From assembly GCA_965247485.1 (NCBI GenBank), contig OZ252017.1:366478-430477 (forward strand): DNA of 64,000 bases, in the 5' to 3' direction. The notes below the pieces were generated by a model. It saw only the letters and a program-made list of their open reading frames with translations. It did no database searches and was not told the DNA's origin. A program made the position numbers and the translations under genes. Positions 57,538-64,000 of this stretch are shown here, piece after piece; within the stretch, counting starts at the first letter, position 1, and each line of letters opens with the position of its first letter. This DNA is from Dehalococcoidia bacterium. Lineage in GTDB: Bacteria > Chloroflexota > Dehalococcoidia > DSTF01 > WHTK01.

Positions 57538-59265
57538 ATGACAACACTAAGGGTCGCACTGGCCCAGATAAACACCACCGTCGGCGACTTGGAAGGTAAC
57601 TCCTTCAAGGTTATCGAATACGCGTCCCGAGCTCGGGAACGCGGTGCCGATATTGTGGCCTTCCCAGAACTTACCCTCACAGGGTATCCACCAGAGGATC
57701 TGCTCCTCAGGCGCTCATTCATCAACGACAATCAGAAAGCGCTGCACTCCGTGGCAGAGCGCATCCACGGGATCACCGCCATTGTCGGCTTTGTCGATGG
57801 CGACCAGGAAATTTTCAATTCCGCGGCCGTAATCCATGACGGCCGCGTGGTGAGCGTGTACCGGAAGCAGTTTCTGCCCAACTACGGAGTGTTCGACGAG
57901 AAACGCTACTTCGAGGCTGGAACCAGGTCACAGGTCTTTACCATTGCCGGCGTACGCATGGGCGTGAATATTTGCGAAGACATCTGGTTTCCAGAGGGCC
58001 CAACTCAATCGCAGTCCTTGGCCGGCGCCGAGGTAATCGTCAACATTAACGGGTCACCCTTCCATCATCAAAAGCGCGATATCCGTCAGGGAATCGTCGC
58101 GACACAAGCAGCGGAAAACGCCGTCTACGTCTGTTACGTCAACTTAGTGGGCGGGCAAGATGAGCTGGTCTTTGACGGTAACAGCGTCGTCTTCAACCCC
58201 GAGGGCAACGTCATCAGTCAGGCCGATTCATTGGCAGAGGACCTGCTTTTCACCGATATCAACCTCGAAGAACTGCGGCTAGCCCGCCAAACCGATCCGC
58301 GAACCAAGTCTCAGAGTTTGCCCGATTCGGTGGACCCAGTGCACGTGTCCGACGAGCCGGTTCAGCAGTCGCGCCAGCCCCTGCCAGAGCACCAACCCAC
58401 CCTGCTCGATGATGATGCCGAGGTTTACCAGGCGCTGGTTCTTGGCACCCGTGACTACGTTCGCAAGAATGGCTTTGAAACCATCATAGTCGGCGTTTCC
58501 GGTGGTATCGATTCTAGTCTTGTCGCCGCGATTGCCACCGACGCTCTGGGACCCGAGCACGTTGTGGCGATTTCCAACCCGTCTCGATACTCCTCCGAAG
58601 GTTCAATCGCCGACGCTCAACAGTTGACCGAAAATCTTGGCGTTAAGCTGATGATTATTCCGATTGAGACCGGCCACGCCGCCCACCTGCAAATGCTTGG
58701 CGATGCATTTGCAGGAACCACCCCGGGAACCGCGGAAGAGAACCTGCAATCGCGGATTCGCGGAAACATATGGATGGCCTTGTCCAACAAATTCGGTTGG
58801 CAGCCAGTCCTGACCTGTGGCAATAAGAGCGAAATGGCTACTGGCTATGCAACTCTCTACGGGGACATGGCCGGCGGATTCGCCGTAATCAAGGACGTAC
58901 CTAAGCTCATGGTTTACCGGCTAGCCCGGCATCGCAATCAACTCGCCGGCCGGGATTTGATTCCCAACGCCGTGATCGAAAAGGCACCTTCAGCCGAACT
59001 GAAGCCGGAGCAACTGGATACTGACACGCTCCCACCATACGAAATTCTCGACCCGATCCTCGAGGCCTACGTCGAGAATGACCGCAGTCTGGACGAGATC
59101 GTTGCGATCGGTTTTGACCAGGCCATAGTGCAGCGGATTATGGCCTTGGTTGACCGCAATGAATACAAGCGACGCCAGGCTCCACCCGGCGTAAAAATCA
59201 CTCCACGTGCCTTCGGACGCGATCGGCGTCTACCAATTACAAACCTCTATCGCAATCGCGCATAG
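57538..59265 (+). CDS. nadE: Glutamine-dependent NAD+ synthetase
   Basis: Nitrilase domain (FPEL, K, ICED) plus SGGIDS, ENLQSRIRG, KRRQAP. Confidence 0.96.
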   Translation: MTTLRVALAQINTTVGDLEGNSFKVIEYASRARERGADIVAFPELTLTGYPPEDLLLRRSFINDNQKALHSVAERIHGITAIVGFVDGDQEIFNSAAVIHDGRVVSVYRKQFLPNYGVFDEKRYFEAGTRSQVFTIAGVRMGVNICEDIWFPEGPTQSQSLAGAEVIVNINGSPFHHQKRDIRQGIVATQAAENAVYVCYVNLVGGQDELVFDGNSVVFNPEGNVISQADSLAEDLLFTDINLEELRLARQTDPRTKSQSLPDSVDPVHVSDEPVQQSRQPLPEHQPTLLDDDAEVYQALVLGTRDYVRKNGFETIIVGVSGGIDSSLVAAIATDALGPEHVVAISNPSRYSSEGSIADAQQLTENLGVKLMIIPIETGHAAHLQMLGDAFAGTTPGTAEENLQSRIRGNIWMALSNKFGWQPVLTCGNKSEMATGYATLYGDMAGGFAVIKDVPKLMVYRLARHRNQLAGRDLIPNAVIEKAPSAELKPEQLDTDTLPPYEILDPILEAYVENDRSLDEIVAIGFDQAIVQRIMALVDRNEYKRRQAPPGVKITPRAFGRDRRLPITNLYRNRA

Positions 59266-59486
59266 CAGCATCTTGCCGTCGGACTGTAACGGCTCTGCCA
59301 CCCGACCCCTTTGATCGGTGCCAAACTTACCTTGACTCATATTTGACCCGGACATAGGCTAAAATCCAGTGTCCTTGCACATATTTCAGGCAATTCGCCT
59401 GCTCGCCGGCCTCGGTATGTCGGCAAGAAAGGCCACCTCTGACCAATGACCAAAGGCTTCAGGCTTTCAGAGAGGCGAAACCGGCG

Positions 59487-60428
59487 ATGATCGGTTTCCA
59501 GCGACTCTGCGTCATCACCGGTGTTGTGATTTTTGGCTTGATTGTTCTTGGCGGCGTAGTACGAGCCACCGAGTCCGGCCTCGGCTGCCCGGATTGGCCG
59601 CGCTGCAATGGAAGCTTCATTCCCGAAACTAACAAGGCAACATTGATCGAATTTTCTCACCGGCTGACCGCATCTGTCGCCGGACTACTTGTCCTCGCTG
59701 TTTTTGTCTGGGCCTGGCGCTCCTACCGGCGGAATCCAGCCATAATTTTCCCAGCCACGCTTGTCCTTATCTTGATCATTCTTCAGGCTGGCCTCGGCGG
59801 CATCGCGGTTCTCAACGAACTGCCGCCCGAAATCATCACGATTCATCTTGGATTGGCGCTAACGATTCTTTCGCTGGTATTGCTGCTGACGCTGACCGCA
59901 GGATCGCTCGATCGCCCTCAACCACGGATCACAGCTAGCCCCAATTTTGCCCGCTTCGCGCTCGCCGCCGCCGGACTAACCCTAGCCCTCATGTTGGTCG
60001 GAGCCTACGTGGCTGGCGCCGGTTACGGCCTCGCTTGCAACGGCTGGCCCGCGTGCAACGGCGAGCTCATCCCTGGGTCCGGAGGGACGTCGGTTCAGGT
60101 CCACTTCTTACATCGGTTCCTGGCCCTCTTGCTAGGAGCCATCCTGGTGGCCCTTGTCTGGGTAGGCTGGCGTGAACGCCAAATCGCCCCGCTAGCCTCA
60201 GCCGCCGCCGTTTTGGCATTTGGGATTTACCTGACACAGGCTCTTCTCGGCGCCGCGAACATTTGGAGCAAGCTGGCTGACACAGCTTCGGTTTCCCACC
60301 TTGCAGTCGCGGCCCTCCTCTGGGCTGTACTCTCCCTTCTTAATATCCGCCTGCATGCCCTTGACGGACTGCTGCCGCGTTCAACCAGCTTGGCGGATCG
60401 GTCCAGGCTCGTGGAGGCTTCTCAATGA
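59487..60428 (+). CDS. ctaA: Heme A synthase
   Basis: GLGCPDWPRC, EFSHR, second Cys pair, HFLHR. Confidence 0.9.
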   Translation: MIGFQRLCVITGVVIFGLIVLGGVVRATESGLGCPDWPRCNGSFIPETNKATLIEFSHRLTASVAGLLVLAVFVWAWRSYRRNPAIIFPATLVLILIILQAGLGGIAVLNELPPEIITIHLGLALTILSLVLLLTLTAGSLDRPQPRITASPNFARFALAAAGLTLALMLVGAYVAGAGYGLACNGWPACNGELIPGSGGTSVQVHFLHRFLALLLGAILVALVWVGWRERQIAPLASAAAVLAFGIYLTQALLGAANIWSKLADTASVSHLAVAALLWAVLSLLNIRLHALDGLLPRSTSLADRSRLVEASQ

Positions 60429-61345
60429 CGGCGCGCGCGCGTCCATTGCCGCTGTCCGACCCTCGCCCGCTGCAAGGCTGGAGAGAGACGGCCGGTGCCT
60501 ATTTCGCCCTGACCAAGCCACGCATAATTGAGCTCCTGCTAGTTACTACCTTCCCGGCTATGGTCGTGGCCGAGAACGGCCTGCCAAATCTTTGGCTGGC
60601 ACTTGCGACTTTGATCGGTGGGTCACTCTCCGCTGGTGGCGCCAACACCATCAACTGCGTTATTGACCGTGACATCGATGCAATCATGCGCCGAACCCAG
60701 CACCGGCCGATTCCGGCCGGCCTGATCGCCCCAGAGCGAGCCCTTATCTTTGGCATAGGCCTGGGCGTGATTTCTTTCGCCTTCATGACCATCACCGTGA
60801 ACCTGCTGACCGCATCTCTCGCCTTGGCTGCACTCCTGTTCTACGTGTTTGTCTACACGATGTGGCTGAAGCGGACCACGGTTGAAAATATCGTAATCGG
60901 CGGTGCCGCTGGAGCTGTCCCGCCGCTCTGCGGTTGGGCGGCGGTTACCGGCAGCCTTGAGCTGGCTCCACTAATAATGTTTGGCATCGTCTTTCTCTGG
61001 ACGCCGCCTCACTTCTGGGCTTTGGCAATCGGCTACACCAACGACTATGCCAGCGCCAACATCCCAATGCTCCCCGTGACCCACGGTGCAAGGGAGGCGC
61101 GTCGGCGCAGCATGGTCTACGCATTAGCCATGGTTGCGCTCTCGCTCACGCTTTACGCAACCGACACCGTTGGCTGGGTTTATCTGGCCGCTGCCCTAAT
61201 CTCCGGTGCAATTTTCATCGCACTGGCCGCGGCTCAGCTGGTTCAAGCTTCGACCAGAGCCGCTATGAATCTTTTCCGTTATTCAATGGCCTATCTGTCG
61301 ATTATTTTCGTGGCCATGGTCGTGGATAGACTGGTTTCTGCCTAA
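60425..61345 (+). CDS. ctaB: Protoheme IX farnesyltransferase
   Basis: LTKPRII, DRDIDAIMRRT..RP, WTPPHFW. Confidence 0.95.
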   Translation: MTARARPLPLSDPRPLQGWRETAGAYFALTKPRIIELLLVTTFPAMVVAENGLPNLWLALATLIGGSLSAGGANTINCVIDRDIDAIMRRTQHRPIPAGLIAPERALIFGIGLGVISFAFMTITVNLLTASLALAALLFYVFVYTMWLKRTTVENIVIGGAAGAVPPLCGWAAVTGSLELAPLIMFGIVFLWTPPHFWALAIGYTNDYASANIPMLPVTHGAREARRRSMVYALAMVALSLTLYATDTVGWVYLAAALISGAIFIALAAAQLVQASTRAAMNLFRYSMAYLSIIFVAMVVDRLVSA

Positions 61346-61361
61346 TTCAGGAGTGAAATAA

Positions 61362-61820
61362 ATGCGATTAGCTGGACCCAACCTCGTCATCGGCTCAATG
61401 CTTTTCCTCGTCGTTTTCGGAATCTCGGCGGCCACGCTGTTCGGATTGGCCAAGCTGGTTCAAACCGACCAACCGATCGCCGCAGCTGATGATGGTGGCG
61501 GTGATGCGTCCGTGGAAGCGCCTAGCGAAACTGGGATCCTTGATCTCGTGGGCAAGGACCAGCAGTTCGACAGGCGGACTCTGACAGTATCTGCTGGCGC
61601 CGAAGTCACGATAGTATTCGACAACCAGGATGCGGGCATTCTGCACAACGTCGCTGTCTACACTGACAGCGACGCTGGCGAACTGATCTTTCGGGGCGAG
61701 CTTTTTACGGGGCCAGACACGCGTGAAGAGAAGTTTACGGCGCCTTCAGCACCGGGGAGTTACTTCTTCCGCTGCGATCTCCACCTGGACACGATGACGG
61801 GTACTTTTACAGTTCGATAA
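61362..61820 (+). CDS. Membrane-anchored cupredoxin (type 1 copper protein)
   Basis: N-terminal TM, HN...C-DL-H-x3-M ligand set. Confidence 0.85.
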   Translation: MRLAGPNLVIGSMLFLVVFGISAATLFGLAKLVQTDQPIAAADDGGGDASVEAPSETGILDLVGKDQQFDRRTLTVSAGAEVTIVFDNQDAGILHNVAVYTDSDAGELIFRGELFTGPDTREEKFTAPSAPGSYFFRCDLHLDTMTGTFTVR

Positions 61821-61826
61821 GCCGCC

Positions 61827-62123
61827 CTAGGCAGCTTTCGGCGGTTCATCTTCCTCGCTCCGAGCCGCCTTGGGGCCACGATGCGGCCTTGATTCGGCGA
61901 GAGACATCTGTCGAGCCTCCTCAAGAAAAACCGGGCCGTCGCAGCGTTCGCAGCGAAGACGAGATCCGGGCTTGATTTCCGGACCCTTGTATCCCGGGCG
62001 TGGGATGAAATTTCTGATTTTCAACTGGTTCTGTATCCGGCCAATGATCTGACCGCTGACATGCCCACAGTGGTAGCATTTCACGTCTGCAGCGACCTTG
62101 CTATCAAGTTGAGTAACCGACAT
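61827..62123 (-). CDS. Small zinc-ribbon protein
   Basis: CYHCG...CERCDGPVFLE; ATG 62123 after GGAG. Confidence 0.7.
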   Translation of the reverse strand: MSVTQLDSKVAADVKCYHCGHVSGQIIGRIQNQLKIRNFIPRPGYKGPEIKPGSRLRCERCDGPVFLEEARQMSLAESRPHRGPKAARSEEDEPPKAA

Positions 62124-62250
62124 CCTTTTTTGCTCCCCGGGAATATTTATCTCCCTGAGGAAAGTTTCGGTTGCGAGGCCGCGAAATATAGACACCTTGC
62201 CGTCTCGATTGCTCACGCCCAAGCAAATTAAGCCCGGTTTCCGCTGGCCA

Positions 62251-62279
62251 CTAGGGGAATCCCCTAGAGTCATTCCCTA
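62251..62279. promoter_or_regulatory. Palindromic operator-like site(s) in a divergent intergenic region
   Basis: Perfect CTAGGGGA-A-TCCCCTAG followed by degenerate TAGAG-N5-CCCTA. Confidence 0.5.
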
Positions 62280-62411
62280 TGGCGCCCAAAGTAGTCCCCC
62301 GAGAAACAGGGTGCTATACTGTGCGCGGTCCAAACTCGGGGCCTCTGGAGTCTCTTGTGCCCTGGTGAACCAGGGTATTTTCTTGCTGGAAAAACGAGGG
62401 GGAATATAGCT

Positions 62412-63542
62412 GTGTCGGAAACAACGCTCGCGCGCGGACTCAAGGACGTAGTACTTGATACGACTGAATCGAGCTACATCGACGGAGAGGCGGGCATCCT
62501 TCTCTATAGAGGCTATTCAATCCATGACCTGGCTGAACATTCCACGTTTGAGGAGACCACCTACCTCCTCCTCCACGGCGAATTACCCAAGCGCCAGGAG
62601 CTGGCGGATTTCAGCAAGAGACTTGTAGGTTTTCGGACTCTTCCGGACGAAGTCCTGGGTGTGATCAAGCTGATTCAAAGCGCTCACCCAATGGATGTGC
62701 TGCGCACTGCTGTGTCCGCGCTCGCCGCCTTCGATTCCGACGTGGCTGACAATTCGCGCGAGGCGACAATACGCAAGTCTGAACGCCTCACGGCGCAGTT
62801 CCCCTCCATCGTCGCCGCCCATCACCGAATTCGCCAGGGACTAGTGGCTCTCGCACCGCGAGCCGACTTGGGCCACGCCGCCAACTTCCTCTACATGCTT
62901 GATGGCAAGGAGCCGGATGCGGAAGCCTCCGCTGCCATCGACCTCGATTTCCTTCTCCACGCCGAGCACGGTGCTAATGCGTCCGCGTTTGCGGCGAGAG
63001 TTACAGCCTCAACCCTGGCCGATCTGCATGCCTCCATCGTCACCGCGATCGGCACCCTCAAGGGTCCGCTACACGGTGGCGCCGCCGAAGCGGTGCAAAA
63101 GATGACCTCGGAAATCGGCGATCCAAGCCGCGCCGCGGCATATCTCAAGGAGAAAATCAGCCAGGGCGAAAAAATAATGGGCTTCGGCCATAGGGTTTAT
63201 AAGGCAGAAGACCCTCGCGCCCGCCACATGCGTGGAAAATCCAAGGACCTCGGCGCCAAGACCGGGCATGAGGAGTGGTACCAGATCCTGGAGCAGGTTG
63301 AGAAGGACATGTCGCCCTATCAGTCGCGCGGCATCTTCGTCAACGTCGACTTCTACGCCGGTTCGGTCTACGCGCTGCTCGATTTGCCTGAGGACCTATT
63401 CGTGCCGATCTTTGCCATCGGCCGCATACCCGGCTGGTGCATCGAAATCCTCGAGCAATTCGACAATAACATGCTGATCAGGCCGCTACTTCAGTACACC
63501 GGCCCAATGAACCAGGAATACGTTCCAATCGACAAGCGCTAA
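62412..63542 (+). CDS. gltA: Citrate synthase (citrate/2-methylcitrate synthase family)
   Basis: LLYRGY, HAEH, GPLHGGA, GFGHRVY, NVDFY; GTG 62412 after GAGGGGG. Confidence 0.93.
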   Translation: MSETTLARGLKDVVLDTTESSYIDGEAGILLYRGYSIHDLAEHSTFEETTYLLLHGELPKRQELADFSKRLVGFRTLPDEVLGVIKLIQSAHPMDVLRTAVSALAAFDSDVADNSREATIRKSERLTAQFPSIVAAHHRIRQGLVALAPRADLGHAANFLYMLDGKEPDAEASAAIDLDFLLHAEHGANASAFAARVTASTLADLHASIVTAIGTLKGPLHGGAAEAVQKMTSEIGDPSRAAAYLKEKISQGEKIMGFGHRVYKAEDPRARHMRGKSKDLGAKTGHEEWYQILEQVEKDMSPYQSRGIFVNVDFYAGSVYALLDLPEDLFVPIFAIGRIPGWCIEILEQFDNNMLIRPLLQYTGPMNQEYVPIDKR

Positions 63543-63563
63543 AGCAATCGCCGAAGAAATATT

Positions 63564-63595
63564 AAGGGGAGCTAAAAAGCTCCCCTTCTATTTTC
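63564..63595. terminator. Bidirectional intrinsic terminator
   Basis: AAGGGGAGCT-AAAA-AGCTCCCCTT with A/T-rich flanks. Confidence 0.8.
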
Positions 63596-63631
63596 TGGAA
63601 TTTGACCTTTTAGGTCCAAGCTGATTCGAAT

Positions 63632-64000
63632 CTAAGACGTAATACTCTCGACCCTGAAGCGCACGGTGCCGCTTGGAGCTACGACTTCAACCACGTCACC
63701 AGTCCTCTTGCCAACCACCGCCAGACCAACCGGAGACTCGGCCGAAAGACGGCCCGTACCCGGCTTCGCCTCGGCCGCGTTTACTATTTGGTACTCAAGC
63801 GCAGCCCCGCTGGCCAAGTTGGCTAGAACAATGCTGGACCCAACATGGGCCGTGCCGGGAGCCACGCCAATCCCGGCATCATCAACTACGACCGCCAAAC
63901 GCAGCATACCTTCGATTTCGCGTACCCTGGCCTCCATCTTGCCCTGAGCCTCTCTGGCTGCCTCTAGCGGTGCGTTTTCGCGCACGTCGCCATCCGCACG
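63632..64000 (-). CDS. greA: Transcription elongation factor GreA (5' part beyond the window)
   Basis: DGDVRENAPLEAARE, LSAESPVGLA, APSG. Confidence 0.85.
   Translation of the reverse strand, partial: RADGDVRENAPLEAAREAQGKMEARVREIEGMLRLAVVVDDAGIGVAPGTAHVGSSIVLANLASGAALEYQIVNAAEAKPGTGRLSAESPVGLAVVGKRTGDVVEVVAPSGTVRFRVESITS

Noticed and set aside
59372-59393. Rex-like operator upstream of ctaA
   Set aside because: Only the central AT core matches; the TTGTGA/TCACAA arms are poor
1-64000. CRISPR arrays, rRNA, tRNA, transposases
   Set aside because: No regularly spaced repeats, cloverleaf/T-loop signatures or transposase motifs seen by eye; a covariance-model scan would be needed to exclude small RNAs

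Overview
64-kb chromosomal segment of a moderately GC-rich bacterium. The gene set and style (CIRCE-groEL, rny-ymdB-PHP, translin homologue, GreA of the 'RENAPL' type, heme A synthesis) suggest an aerobic Chloroflexota, probably Dehalococcoidia; this is an inference. It is mostly core genome: prfB with a programmed +1 frameshift, groEL, rny, hppA, rnhB, ftsH, uvrA, lipB-lipA-lpdA, nadE, ctaA-ctaB, gltA and greA. I found no rRNA, tRNA, CRISPR array, IS element or prophage. The most interesting system is a translationally coupled phosphatidylinositol-glycolipid (PIM-like) operon at 3351-10051. It encodes a two-domain PatA-like acyltransferase, a PHP phosphoesterase (candidate PI-phosphate phosphatase), a PimA-like glycosyltransferase, a PIP synthase, a thioredoxin-like protein and a GT-C-like protein, and lies downstream of galU and an enoyl-ACP reductase. 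Other highlights: a c-di-GMP module with sigma-28-like promoters and a GGDEF gene broken by a likely 10-bp deletion; a decaying rml-like sugar locus; a bacterial translin/C3PO homologue; two small proteins missed by the ORF track; a recurrent AGGG-N5-CCCT palindrome; and several leaderless or CTG-start genes. All product calls come from motif recognition only; no database searches were run.
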